A model generated the notes under the pieces. That model worked only from the letters and a program-made list of their open reading frames with translations. It was not told the origin of the DNA and ran no database searches. DNA of 32,000 nt from the NCBI GenBank assembly GCA_026016245.1, contig CP061211.1, positions 570,001 through 602,000 of the forward strand, read 5' to 3'. The DNA comes from Candidatus Pacearchaeota archaeon (GTDB taxonomy: Archaea; Nanobdellota; Nanobdellia; Pacearchaeales; UBA284). The position numbers were made by a program, and so were the translations under genes. Of this stretch, positions 1-8,877 are shown piece after piece (position 1 is the first letter of the stretch; every line of letters starts with the position of its first letter).

Positions 1-79
1 ATAGGAGAATAAGGATAACAGCAATTGCAACTATTATTTCAATTATTTGTTTAAGCAAAAGCAAACCTCTTTTGTTCAT
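1..79 (-). CDS. Partial (5' end only) small membrane or pilin-like protein that runs off the left edge
   Basis: A minus-strand ATG at 79-77 opens MNKRGLLLLKQIIEIIVAIAVILILL..., a basic N-terminus followed by a hydrophobic helix. It shares the NKRGL start with the 51-aa ORF at 1340-1495. It is absent from the ORF track because the window truncates it. Confidence 0.3.
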   Translation of the reverse strand, partial: MNKRGLLLLKQIIEIIVAIAVILILL

Positions 80-125
80 AAAAGAAACATACAAAGATAT
101 TATTTAAAATTTCTTGTTATTATTA

Positions 126-305
126 CTACTGAACTTGTGTTGCGTTCCAAAGACCGAGAGCATTTTTAAGTTTTGCCATCAAATCAGACATGAACTGCCT
201 CATTGCTCCAGAGAAAATGAGGACAATAACAACAAGAACAATAATAGCAAGAATTATAATCACAATAGTATTGATTGAGAGTCCTACAGCCTTCTTGTTG
301 CGCAT
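126..305 (-). CDS. 59-aa prepilin-like (class III signal-type) small protein, below the ORF-track size cutoff
   Basis: Hand translation gives MRNKKAVGLSINTIVIIILAIIVLVVIVLIFSGAMRQFMSDLMAKLKNALGLWNATQVQ*, with ATG at 305-303 and TAG at 128-126. The N-terminus is paralogous to the 311-685 product (NKKAV.L..NTI.I.ILAI.VLV). Confidence 0.45.
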   Translation of the reverse strand: MRNKKAVGLSINTIVIIILAIIVLVVIVLIFSGAMRQFMSDLMAKLKNALGLWNATQVQ

Positions 306-310
306 TTTGC

Positions 311-685
311 TTACTTGCTTCTTATAGTTTCACACATGTCTGAAGTAAATCCTGCCCCTAGACATTCTTCCTCATCCAATGCTTTGATAAGATTGTTATC
401 ACAGTAGACTGGTAGGGTTCCTATAACTTCTCCATCTGACATTTCTCTTATTGTAAATTCATGTGTGCAAAAACTGGTTTTGTCTCCAGCGCTGCAATAT
501 AGAGTGCATGCATTCCTAGTCTGTTCTATGTCTGTTTGTGAATAGGCCCCAGGGATTGGTATGATCTTTTGCCAAAGTTGTTGTATTCCTCCAGTAAAGT
601 AAAGTGCAAGAATAACTAGAACAAGAATTGCAAGAATTACTATAATTATTGTATTAACGTTTAACTCAACAGCTTTCTTATTCAT
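311..685 (-). CDS. Prepilin-like secreted or membrane-anchored protein with a Cys-rich C-terminal domain
   Basis: ORF track, 124 aa. The N-terminus MNKKA|VELNVNTIIIVILAILVLVILALYF has basic residues, then a small residue, then a hydrophobic helix of about 20 aa. This is typical of archaeal type IV pilin-like signals. The mature part has 6 Cys. It lies in tandem with the paralogous 59-aa ORF. Confidence 0.5.
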   Translation of the reverse strand: MNKKAVELNVNTIIIVILAILVLVILALYFTGGIQQLWQKIIPIPGAYSQTDIEQTRNACTLYCSAGDKTSFCTHEFTIREMSDGEVIGTLPVYCDNNLIKALDEEECLGAGFTSDMCETIRSK

Positions 686-740
686 TTTTTACCTCTTTTT
701 ATTTTTTTATTAAGTATGACTTGTTTTTAAAATTTTCTTT

Positions 741-1331
741 TTATTCAGCACATCTCTCAAGCTGAATTATGGGTGGTTTTTCATAGCTTATCACAAAATA
801 AAGCCCATCTTGTTTTTTGTAAAAGAAAGGACTTATAACATTAATTTCTTCACTCCACCATAAAGCACCTTTTTTTGACCCCTCTTGTTTAAACAATGGT
901 GGCTCTTTACTGAAGTCAACAACTTTTTTTATTCTGTAAGGAACTTCTTGTTTTGTTTCGTAAAATATTGCAGAAATCTTCAGATCACTTAGAGTAGTGC
1001 TTTTATAATCCTTATTTCCGTGAGTTAGTGTGATTTCTACAGCGCGCCCAGGTAATTCAGTAAAAACAAGGTTTGAATTCTGAACAAAACTTGCTGGAAA
1101 ATTAGGCAGGCCGTCACATACGCAATCATTATTCTGCAAAGAAAGACATTTGTCTATATTGCTGATAAGGACATCAAAATTATCTTCATTCTGCTGTTGC
1201 TGTTCTATGTTAAGCTTCCCCCCTCTTATTGCCGCATAGAGAGGATTGAAAAAACCAAGAAGTATAAGCACGACAACAGCTATTACTATTACAGCGATTG
1301 AAGCTCTAATAATCTCCCATATTCCCATCAT
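741..1331 (-). CDS. N-terminally anchored hypothetical protein in the pilus-like cluster
   Basis: ORF track, 196 aa. It has a single N-terminal hydrophobic helix (IIRASIAVIVIAVVVLILLGFF) followed by a soluble domain. It is on the same strand as, and tightly spaced with, the flanking small ORFs. Confidence 0.5.
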   Translation of the reverse strand: MMGIWEIIRASIAVIVIAVVVLILLGFFNPLYAAIRGGKLNIEQQQQNEDNFDVLISNIDKCLSLQNNDCVCDGLPNFPASFVQNSNLVFTELPGRAVEITLTHGNKDYKSTTLSDLKISAIFYETKQEVPYRIKKVVDFSKEPPLFKQEGSKKGALWWSEEINVISPFFYKKQDGLYFVISYEKPPIIQLERCAE

Positions 1332-1339
1332 TTTTATTT

Positions 1340-1495
1340 CTACCTACCAAATCTCAAAAAAGCTTTGAGTTCTTCTAAAATATTTACCCCTCGTTTTTGT
1401 AAAACAAATATAAAGATTATGACAAGAGCAAGAACAACTAGTCCAATAACCCACCAGTTTATCTCGCTCCAGACCAAACCTCTTTTGTTTTTCAT
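1340..1495 (-). CDS. 51-aa single-pass membrane protein, below the ORF-track cutoff
   Basis: Hand translation gives MKNKRGLVWSEINWWVIGLVVLALVIIFIFVLQKRGVNILEELKAFLRFGR*, with ATG at 1495-1493 and TAG at 1342-1340. It ends 8 nt upstream of the 741-1331 start. Its N-terminus resembles the partial ORF at 1-79. Confidence 0.35.
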   Translation of the reverse strand: MKNKRGLVWSEINWWVIGLVVLALVIIFIFVLQKRGVNILEELKAFLRFGR

Positions 1496-1550
1496 CTAAA
1501 CAAAAAGTTTTTTAACTTTAAAAATTTAATCTGAGTGAGGCTTGGGAAAG

Positions 1551-2306
1551 ATGAACAGGTTATTGGCTATTTTTTTATCTTTATCTACTGCTATTTCTCC
1601 AATTGCTCTAGCACAAGAATATCAGGGAATGAAGCTGGAACAAAGAATAAAGGATTTTAATGAGGTCATCAGAAGAAGGAATTTCTCAAATTATGATGTG
1701 CCTATAATTCATCTTCAAGTAGTTGATAAGGATTCTAAATGGCCTTTGGAAGATGCAAGAGTTGAATTAAAACATGAGGATAAGAGGATAACAGATGGTT
1801 ATCCTGTCCCTGGAGATTATATGTATTATAATCCTTATAGATCCAAAACTGATGAAGAAGGAAATGTTATTTTTAGCGTGACTCCATGTCATGAAGAGGA
1901 AATAACAAGATTAGAAGTAAAGTGCCAAGGTTATTATCCAATTGATGTAGATTTTCCCTTGCTTAATCTTTTAGCACATATTAATAACACTTTAAGTAAC
2001 CCACTTCCAGACTCAATTGAGCAGAAGCTGGAATTTGAGTATGATTGGAATAATGCTACTGTTTTCCGTGTGTTTTATGAAAACGCAAATGAATTTATAG
2101 AGAAGGTTTTGGGTGATGATATAGCAAGATATGATAGAGAGGCTAATAATATTTTTGGAAATAATTTTTATTCTTGGTATGTAAATAGTCTTTTAGGAAA
2201 AAAACTTCCAACACCCCTAATGCCTCCAATAAAAGAGTTTCATATTCTTATTCCTGGCATAGTTGAAATGGAAAAAGTGCCAGAAAAGATAAAGATAGAG
2301 TATTAG
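1551..2306 (+). CDS. Secreted hypothetical protein, possibly with a carboxypeptidase-regulatory-like beta-sandwich
   Basis: ORF track 1542-2306. I prefer the ATG at 1551 over the TTG at 1542. The signal peptide is MNRLLAIFLSLSTAISPIALA|QEY. The segment IIHLQVVDKDSKWPLEDARVELK...TDEEGNVIFSV resembles CarboxypepD_reg-type repeats. Confidence 0.55.
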   Translation: MNRLLAIFLSLSTAISPIALAQEYQGMKLEQRIKDFNEVIRRRNFSNYDVPIIHLQVVDKDSKWPLEDARVELKHEDKRITDGYPVPGDYMYYNPYRSKTDEEGNVIFSVTPCHEEEITRLEVKCQGYYPIDVDFPLLNLLAHINNTLSNPLPDSIEQKLEFEYDWNNATVFRVFYENANEFIEKVLGDDIARYDREANNIFGNNFYSWYVNSLLGKKLPTPLMPPIKEFHILIPGIVEMEKVPEKIKIEY

Positions 2307-2315
2307 AAAGATAAA

Positions 2316-4490
2316 TCAGACCATGATTCCACCTACTGCTATTGTTGCGAGAGCAGCCAGAGCAATTATTGCAATGAATGCTGCTATTGTATAAAGTGTC
2401 ATTCCTGTCAACAACATTTTTGCTTTTTCTGCTTTCTCTCCTAATCTATCTTCCCCTGATTCAATTGTAACAAGAGTTCCTGTTAAGATGAAAATTATCT
2501 CAATTATGTAAATACCAACAATGATTTGAAGCCAGTATGGTGGAATCATTTTAACAACATTAAACATAGTTGTTATTGTTCCTACTGTTCCAAAACCAGC
2601 AAGAGTTTGTTCTCCGCTTAGTGCGCCCATCTGTAACATAGATTCAAGCCTTCCTAATATCATTGTAATCATTGCTGCTAATCCTACAACTATTGCAGCT
2701 AAAAGTGGAGCAAGAAAAGTCATATTACTTTTCATTCCAGTTGTAACATCAGCTAATAAATCTTTTAATCTTTCATTTACTTTGTGAATATTCTTGACAT
2801 ACTCACTTATAGCCATTAGTGCTCTGGCTGCAACACCAAGCCCTTTTTTCAAGCTCTCTATGAGAATTCTCATACTTGTTTTTATCAGCTCAGATGGATA
2901 GTAATTGATAGCTCCTCTGCCTTTTCCAAACACAGCACGTTCAACAGACATTCCTGCTTGTCGTATATTCATGTTGACCATTGAGAAAAAGCCAGCTGTT
3001 GGTGTTCCTTTAAGGGAACTAGCAACTCTACCAAAAGCCATTTCAGCAGGAATTCCATCAGCAAGTCTATTGCCTAATTGAAAGACACTTGAAGCAAACT
3101 CTTTTTCAAGTTTTTTTGTTTCTTTTCTAGTTCCAATCAATTTTCGTGTTTTTAGTTTGTATGCCATTATAAAGAAAATGGCTATAGCTAGCGGGATAAA
3201 TAAACTTAGAAGCAGAGCAAAAGGACCAAAAGGACCAACAGTTGTATTAGTTTCTGGATCAACTTTAAAGTCAAATATATTTTGATTTCCTAAAAAACCC
3301 ATTCCTAATTGATCAAAAGTATAATCAGCTGGAATATTTAGAACATCAGCTAATCCATATTGCATTAACAAAGGCAAAAGTCCTATTAAGAGGAAGGGTA
3401 AAGCAATAAGAGCAGCGGTTGCATATGGCTTGTTTGATTTATAAAAGTGATAATTGGGGTTTTTCTCAAGTAGTTCTGTTTCACCAAAACCACCAGGCCT
3501 TTTGGATAAAACACTGTTGGTCATGTAAAAGACAACAAATGGAACAAGAATATTGTAAAGCAGGGCAACATGATACCATTGTATGGCTCCTTGTAATAAT
3601 GTTGAAGCTAAAGGCAATAAAGCAAGACCAAGAGTTGGTAAGACAATGCCTAACATATAGACATTTGTTAGAGGGCTTTTAACATCATGAGTGTAATGCA
3701 ACATTTTTTCATAAACACCATCAAGAATAACTTCGAGAGCTTTTTCCAAGGTTTTTAATCTTCTTGCTTCTACTGGCTCATAAAGAGAAGATTCTATGAG
3801 ATGGAAGGATTCTATAAATTCAAGATTATGCTCTCGCCAAGTCTCGAAATATGCATCCAAGGCATCTTTTATAGTGCTGTATTTTCCTGTCTCGACATTC
3901 CAGAAAATCTTTTTTAGGTCAAGAGAAAGAGGCGGCTGTAAGTGTCGGGATGCAAAATGGATTGCTCTTTCCAGGTTTGAGGAGTGTTTCATATAAACCA
4001 CAATATAGAGAATGCATGGGACCATTTGGGAAGAGGCTTTTAGACACCATTTTTGTTCTAATCTACCAGGCAAGCCATTCAAGTAGTAGAAAAGGAAAAA
4101 TGATATAAATAAGAGCAGGAGAAAAATTAAGAAAGGAAAAGTGTCTGTGAGTAAAAATACTGCTAATGAGATTAAGGTGGCAAGAATTATTATAATTATT
4201 AGTGAAAATACTGCCAAGCCAGCAGCCTCGCCTGGTTCAATGTCAAGATGTGCTCTTTCTATTGCCTTTCTTGTTTTCTCCTCGTCTTTTTTTGAAAGTT
4301 TTAACTTGATGATTCGGCCTATATTTTTGCAGGCACGCTCATAAGTGTTAAGAGGTGCGAGAGTTTCTCTTCTGAATTTTTTATATTCGTGAGAATAATC
4401 TGTAGGAGCTTCAGCAACCTCTGTCCTAAGTTCTCTTTCTATCTTAGCCTCAAACTCTTTTAGAAACTCCCTACCCTCTTTTCTTACCAT
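2316..4490 (-). CDS. Polytopic membrane protein, FlaJ/TadC-like (T2SS-F family) type IV pilus or archaellum platform protein
   Basis: ORF track, 724 aa. About 9 hydrophobic helices are interrupted by two soluble helical domains of roughly 110-150 aa: SSNLERAIHFASRHLQPPLSLDLKKIFWNVETGKYSTIKDALDAYFETW and FASSVFQLGNRLADGIPAEMAFGRVASSL...MSVERAVFGKG...LIKTSMRILIESLKKGLGVAARALMAISEYV. This is the duplicated layout of T2SS-F/FlaJ proteins. It sits next to the pilin-like ORFs. Confidence 0.5.
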   Translation of the reverse strand: MVRKEGREFLKEFEAKIERELRTEVAEAPTDYSHEYKKFRRETLAPLNTYERACKNIGRIIKLKLSKKDEEKTRKAIERAHLDIEPGEAAGLAVFSLIIIIILATLISLAVFLLTDTFPFLIFLLLLFISFFLFYYLNGLPGRLEQKWCLKASSQMVPCILYIVVYMKHSSNLERAIHFASRHLQPPLSLDLKKIFWNVETGKYSTIKDALDAYFETWREHNLEFIESFHLIESSLYEPVEARRLKTLEKALEVILDGVYEKMLHYTHDVKSPLTNVYMLGIVLPTLGLALLPLASTLLQGAIQWYHVALLYNILVPFVVFYMTNSVLSKRPGGFGETELLEKNPNYHFYKSNKPYATAALIALPFLLIGLLPLLMQYGLADVLNIPADYTFDQLGMGFLGNQNIFDFKVDPETNTTVGPFGPFALLLSLFIPLAIAIFFIMAYKLKTRKLIGTRKETKKLEKEFASSVFQLGNRLADGIPAEMAFGRVASSLKGTPTAGFFSMVNMNIRQAGMSVERAVFGKGRGAINYYPSELIKTSMRILIESLKKGLGVAARALMAISEYVKNIHKVNERLKDLLADVTTGMKSNMTFLAPLLAAIVVGLAAMITMILGRLESMLQMGALSGEQTLAGFGTVGTITTMFNVVKMIPPYWLQIIVGIYIIEIIFILTGTLVTIESGEDRLGEKAEKAKMLLTGMTLYTIAAFIAIIALAALATIAVGGIMV

Positions 4491-4627
4491 TATTCTTTTT
4501 ACCTCTTTTTTCTTTCAACAACAAACAAGGAAAAAGATTATAAAAAGATTTCCAAAATATACAAAAAATATTTAAAGTAGAATAATTTTTAACAATTAAC
4601 TAAATAGTAAAAAATAAATTACAAAAG

Positions 4628-4921
4628 ATGGTATTGAAAATTCTAAGGGTAAGCGATGTGGTTGGGATGAAGATTTTTACTGATTCTGGAGACTATCTAG
4701 GTATGGTAGAAGAAGCAAATGTTGTAGGTAATAAAGTAGATAGTTGGAGAGTAAAAATAGCTCGTGACAGTAATTTATCTGCACTTCTTTCTGGTGCTCG
4801 TGGTTTGATAATCCCTCACCAATATGTTAAAGCAATAAGTGAAGTTTTGATAATAAGTAGAAGTGCTATTCCAGTAAGAGAAGAGATGAAAGAAGCTGGA
4901 GAGGCAACTTTATTAGAATAA
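4628..4921 (+). CDS. PRC-barrel domain protein
   Basis: ORF track, 97 aa. VSDVVGMKIFTDSGDYLGMVEEANVVGNKVDSWRVKI...IIPHQYVKAISEVLII matches the PRC-barrel pattern (l.G..V....G..lG.v.d...d....v). Confidence 0.6.
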   Translation: MVLKILRVSDVVGMKIFTDSGDYLGMVEEANVVGNKVDSWRVKIARDSNLSALLSGARGLIIPHQYVKAISEVLIISRSAIPVREEMKEAGEATLLE

Positions 4922-4944
4922 ACCTAAGAACCTAAATTTTTAAG

Positions 4945-5436
4945 ATGGTTGCAGAAACTATTGGTATATTTGCACATCCTTTTTTCACTAATATTATTCT
5001 ACCCTTTCTTCTTGTTTTTGTAGTTATTTATGCTATTTTAGAGAAGACTACTGTATTGGGCAAGGATAAGAGATATGCTAATCTTATTGTTGCTTTTGTT
5101 ATAGGTTTTATGTTTATTGGTGCTCAGGCTTTGGTTGGCTTTACTATCAAACTCCTTCCATTAATTGCAGTCATGATAATAATCTTACTAGGTTATTTTT
5201 TGGTTTTTGGCTTTATTGGAATAGAAAAAAGTAAAGGTATGCAAATTGCTCTAGGAATATTATTTGGTATAGCTATCTTGGCAGCAGTATTCTGGGCAGC
5301 TGGAGTATTTGAGATGATAACACCATCTACATGGAGTCCTGATACAATAGCTATAATTGTTTTCCTTGTCATTTTTGGAGGAGCCATAGCCTTAGTGCTT
5401 GCAACTGCTCCAAAACCAAAACCAAAATCAACATAA
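4945..5436 (+). CDS. Integral membrane protein, paralog 1 of a tandem triplet
   Basis: ORF track, 163 aa, with about 4-5 TM helices. It shares the core LPFLLVFVVIYAILEKTTVLGKDKRYANLIVAFVIGF with the next two ORFs. Confidence 0.7.
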   Translation: MVAETIGIFAHPFFTNIILPFLLVFVVIYAILEKTTVLGKDKRYANLIVAFVIGFMFIGAQALVGFTIKLLPLIAVMIIILLGYFLVFGFIGIEKSKGMQIALGILFGIAILAAVFWAAGVFEMITPSTWSPDTIAIIVFLVIFGGAIALVLATAPKPKPKST

Positions 5437-5507
5437 ATATCAACGTAATTAAAAAGAAAAGTATATAAAACATAATCTTTTTAATAAAATAGACAAAAGA
5501 GGATAAA

Positions 5508-6041
5508 ATGGTTGATGGATACGGTGGATGGTATGCGTGGACAGATCTTTATGGGATTATCCAGCAGTGGGAAGCATTTGGTGTATTCACTATATTATTT
5601 CCTTTAGTTTTAGTATTTGCAGTTGTTTTTGCAATACTAGAAAAAGTAGATCTGTTCAAAAATAGAGGGGTTCATTTGCTTATAGCCCTGATTATAGGTT
5701 TCTTCACTGTGAGCAATCCTTATGTTGGTGGTTTTTTTATGTATTTCTTCTCAAATCTTGGAATAGGTGTGGCAATAATGCTTGCCTTAATTGTTTTGTT
5801 GGGAATAGCTTTAAAACCTGGAGAACAAGCATGGAAAGTTATTTTTGGAATTGTTGGAGGAGCAGTATTTTTAGTTATTCTAGCTAGGAGCGGAACATTC
5901 AAATGGATTTTTGGAGAGAATTTCTGGTACTGGATTCAGGCAAATAGTGCTTTGGTGGTTGTGGCTATAGTTGTCATTTTAATGATAGTTGCTGTAATGA
6001 CTGGAGTTAAAAAAGCACAAGTTAAAGGAAAAATAATCTAA
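5508..6041 (+). CDS. Integral membrane protein, paralog 2 of a tandem triplet
   Basis: ORF track, 177 aa. The core FPLVLVFAVVFAILEKVDLFKNRGVHLLIALIIGF aligns with paralogs 1 and 3. Confidence 0.7.
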   Translation: MVDGYGGWYAWTDLYGIIQQWEAFGVFTILFPLVLVFAVVFAILEKVDLFKNRGVHLLIALIIGFFTVSNPYVGGFFMYFFSNLGIGVAIMLALIVLLGIALKPGEQAWKVIFGIVGGAVFLVILARSGTFKWIFGENFWYWIQANSALVVVAIVVILMIVAVMTGVKKAQVKGKII

Positions 6042-6062
6042 AGTAAAAGAGTAAAAAGTAAA

Positions 6063-6542
6063 ATGGTTGTGTTAGATTTAAGCGGAATGTCAACTTTCAT
6101 CCCTGTATTTGGTTTTCTTCTTGTTTTTGTAGTTGTTTATGCATTATTAGGAAAGACAAAAGTTTTAGGAGACAATAGGTTTGTCCATATTCTTACTTCT
6201 TTTGCAATTGCTATAATCTTTCTTGTTTCAGCAAATGCAGTAGAATATGTTAGAGTTGTAACCCCTTGGTTTGCTGCCTTTGTTGTTTCTCTATTATTTA
6301 TTGTTCTTGTCGTAAGTCTAATTAAAGGCGATATAGATAAGTTCTTTAAACCTGGTTTTGGATGGTTAATTGTCATAATTCTTATAGCAGTGTTTGTATT
6401 CTCAGCAGTCTATGTTTTTGCTGATATCATAAATAAGTACATGGCTGGTCCAAAAGCTTTCTTGCTTCAGCCTACTGTGATTGGAATTATCGTGCTTATA
6501 GGAATCACAATACTTGCTTCTTGGCTTTTAACAAGAAAATAA
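6063..6542 (+). CDS. Integral membrane protein, paralog 3 of a tandem triplet
   Basis: ORF track, 159 aa. The core FGFLLVFVVVYALLGKTKVLGDNRFVHILTSFAIAI aligns with paralogs 1 and 2. Confidence 0.7.
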   Translation: MVVLDLSGMSTFIPVFGFLLVFVVVYALLGKTKVLGDNRFVHILTSFAIAIIFLVSANAVEYVRVVTPWFAAFVVSLLFIVLVVSLIKGDIDKFFKPGFGWLIVIILIAVFVFSAVYVFADIINKYMAGPKAFLLQPTVIGIIVLIGITILASWLLTRK

Positions 6543-6561
6543 TTAAAATAAGAAGTTAAAA

Positions 6562-7929
6562 TTAAAACATCTTTCTGCCGAATTTCTTTGCCAGCTTTTG
6601 TAATGTCTTCTTATCAATCTGTCCTGTACCAAGGCCTTTCATTGCCTTGCTACTAGAAATAAATTCCTTCACAATTTTGTATTGCTTAATCATCTCTCTA
6701 ATATCAGAAGTAGAAACACTGCTTCCTTTAGATATTCTTGCGATCCTGTTTGAATTTAATTTTTCAGGATTTTCCCTTTCTTCTTGTGTCATACTATCGA
6801 TTGCAAATCTCCACTTCTTGAGCTTAGCTTCTTGAACATCAAACAAGTCAGGAACTTTTGCTTTAACTCCTCCAAGTCCAGGAATCATATCTGCTATCTT
6901 TCCAAGCGGACCCATTGACTGCATTGCTTTGATTTGGTCATACAAATCAGTCAAAGTGAATTTTCCTTCCTCAATCCTTGTTTTAATTTTTTCCTTCTCT
7001 TTGTCTTCAACAGCAAGCTTTGCCTTTTCTAGTAAAGCTTTCAAATCACCCATTCCAAGTAATCTGGAAACAAAAGAACTTGGATCAAAAATCTCTATAT
7101 CTTGTAGTTTTTCTCCTGTTCCTATAAATACAACCTTGGCGTTAGTTTCAGAACAACTTGCTAATGCCCCACCACCTTTTGCTGTTCCATCCATTCTTGT
7201 TACAATAACACTATCAATTTTTCCAGCTTTATTGAATCCTTGAGCTTGGATTGAAGCAGATTTGCCAATATCAGCAGGCATAACAAGAAAAACCAAATCA
7301 GGTTTAATTTCTCTATATAAAGCTTTTAATTCATTAATAAGAGCACTACTTAAAACATCTCTTCCTGCTGTGTCAATAATAACAAGATTATATTTGCTTA
7401 GCTTTTTTTCAAATTTTTTCCAGATCCTTCCAGATTGTTTGTCTTCCTTGTCAACAAAAGAAGGCAGCTTTGCTTTTAGAGCAAGCTGTTCAAGCTGTTC
7501 AGGAGCTGCAGGACGATGCACATCCAAACCTACTAAAGCTGTTTTAAATCCCCTCTTGCTATAATAAAAACCTAGCTTGGCTGCAGTAGTTGTTTTACCA
7601 CAGCCATATAAACCTAATAACATGATTTTGAATGGCTTTTTCTTCTTATCCAACTTCACTTCATATTCTTCCTTACCAAGAATTTCAATAAGTTCATCAT
7701 GAATCAATTTAATTAGCTGTTCTTTCTTCTCAAGACCAGCAACCTTTTCACTAGCTTTTTTCCTTATCTTTTCAATCAAGGAGAAAACAATTTTTGTATC
7801 AACATCTGCCTCAAGCAAGCTATATCTCAAATCCTTAATAATTTCTTCAGTAATCTTCTTGTCTACAAAAACAGCTCCAGCTAATTTGGACATTGTTTTT
7901 TTCAGCACATTACCAAGTTTGTCTAGCAT
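6562..7929 (-). CDS. srp54: Signal recognition particle protein SRP54
   Basis: ORF track, 455 aa. It has an N domain, then a G domain with GLYGCGKTTTAAKLG (P-loop), DTAGR and TRMDG, and a Met-rich M domain (AMQSMGPLGKIADMIPGLGG). Confidence 0.95.
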   Translation of the reverse strand: MLDKLGNVLKKTMSKLAGAVFVDKKITEEIIKDLRYSLLEADVDTKIVFSLIEKIRKKASEKVAGLEKKEQLIKLIHDELIEILGKEEYEVKLDKKKKPFKIMLLGLYGCGKTTTAAKLGFYYSKRGFKTALVGLDVHRPAAPEQLEQLALKAKLPSFVDKEDKQSGRIWKKFEKKLSKYNLVIIDTAGRDVLSSALINELKALYREIKPDLVFLVMPADIGKSASIQAQGFNKAGKIDSVIVTRMDGTAKGGGALASCSETNAKVVFIGTGEKLQDIEIFDPSSFVSRLLGMGDLKALLEKAKLAVEDKEKEKIKTRIEEGKFTLTDLYDQIKAMQSMGPLGKIADMIPGLGGVKAKVPDLFDVQEAKLKKWRFAIDSMTQEERENPEKLNSNRIARISKGSSVSTSDIREMIKQYKIVKEFISSSKAMKGLGTGQIDKKTLQKLAKKFGRKMF

Positions 7930-7999
7930 GCAAGAAAAAAGCTAGGAATATTTATAAAGTTTTATAAATATTGAAATTCTAAATAAGAGTATAGAAAAA

Positions 8000-8869
8000 A
8001 TGAGGAAAATTTATTTGTTAATTTGTTTTATAATTCTATTATCCCTTTTTATAAGCGTTCAAGCAAATGAGAAATACACTTATCTTGATGTAACTTTACT
8101 AAACCAAGATCCATATCCAGCACAACCAGATAATTATGTTGACCTTATTTTTAAGATAGAGAATGAAGGAGGAAGTGAGGCAGAGGATGTCCTTGTGGAA
8201 CTGCTTCCAGAGTATCCTTTTTCTCTTGACCCTGGTGTTAGTGCCATAAAGAGAATTGGTTTGATAAGAGGTTCACAGTATGGTGCGGAAGCTGTTTTTG
8301 TTAAATATAGAGTTAGAGTGGATAAGGATGCTATTGATGGAGAAAATGGGATAAAATTAAGATATATTTATAACACAGAAGGGATATGGGACAAGTTCTT
8401 TGAAAAAGAATTTGATATTATGATAGATGATCCTAAAACAGATTTTGATATTGCTATTCAAGATTATTCTTCTGAAACAAATAGCTTGACAATTGCCATC
8501 TCAAACATAGGAGAGCAAGATGCAAATTCTGTTACAATAATACTTCCAGAACAAAGCTCAATAGATATTATAGGTTCAGATAGAGAGATTGTCGGAGGCA
8601 TAGATGCTGATGATTACACTGTATCTTCCTTTAGAGTTATTCCTAGGGAAGATGCTGCTCTGATTGTAAGAATTGCTTATACAGATTCTATAGGTGTAAG
8701 AAGAGAAGTTGAAAAAGCTGTGATATTCCATGCTTCAAAATATGAAAAAGAAGCTGATAAAGGAGCAGTTACAGATTATAGAGCTCTGATTTATATTGCT
8801 ATCGGAGTGATAGGGATAATTATTATTTTTGTATTACTCAGAATTCTCAGAAAAAAAAGAAAAAAATAG
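8000..8869 (+). CDS. Cell-surface protein (COG1361/CARDB-like) with a C-terminal membrane anchor
   Basis: ORF track, 289 aa. It has a signal peptide and LNQDPYPAQPDNYVDLIFKIENEGGSEAEDVLVELLPEYPFSL, the archaeal 'S-layer domain' pattern commonly found upstream of MacB-type ABC genes. The C-terminus is a TM helix plus a basic tail (LLRILRKKRKK). Confidence 0.55.
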   Translation: MRKIYLLICFIILLSLFISVQANEKYTYLDVTLLNQDPYPAQPDNYVDLIFKIENEGGSEAEDVLVELLPEYPFSLDPGVSAIKRIGLIRGSQYGAEAVFVKYRVRVDKDAIDGENGIKLRYIYNTEGIWDKFFEKEFDIMIDDPKTDFDIAIQDYSSETNSLTIAISNIGEQDANSVTIILPEQSSIDIIGSDREIVGGIDADDYTVSSFRVIPREDAALIVRIAYTDSIGVRREVEKAVIFHASKYEKEADKGAVTDYRALIYIAIGVIGIIIIFVLLRILRKKRKK

Positions 8870-8877
8870 GTTAAAAA

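Noticed and set aside
3419-4344. Plus-strand ORFs of 66-87 aa (3419-3682, 3796-3996, 4141-4344) inside the FlaJ/TadC-like gene
   Set aside because: They lie entirely antisense to a long, coherent membrane-protein ORF. They have no motifs or start context, and their composition mirrors the sense strand.
5193-6376. Minus-strand ORFs (5193-5387, 5720-5902, 6137-6376) within the three membrane-paralog genes
   Set aside because: They are antisense shadows of hydrophobic coding regions. Each is fully contained in a better-supported plus-strand gene.
6647-7564. Plus-strand ORFs of 62-104 aa inside srp54
   Set aside because: They are antisense to an unambiguous SRP54 gene and give S/L/F-rich low-complexity translations.
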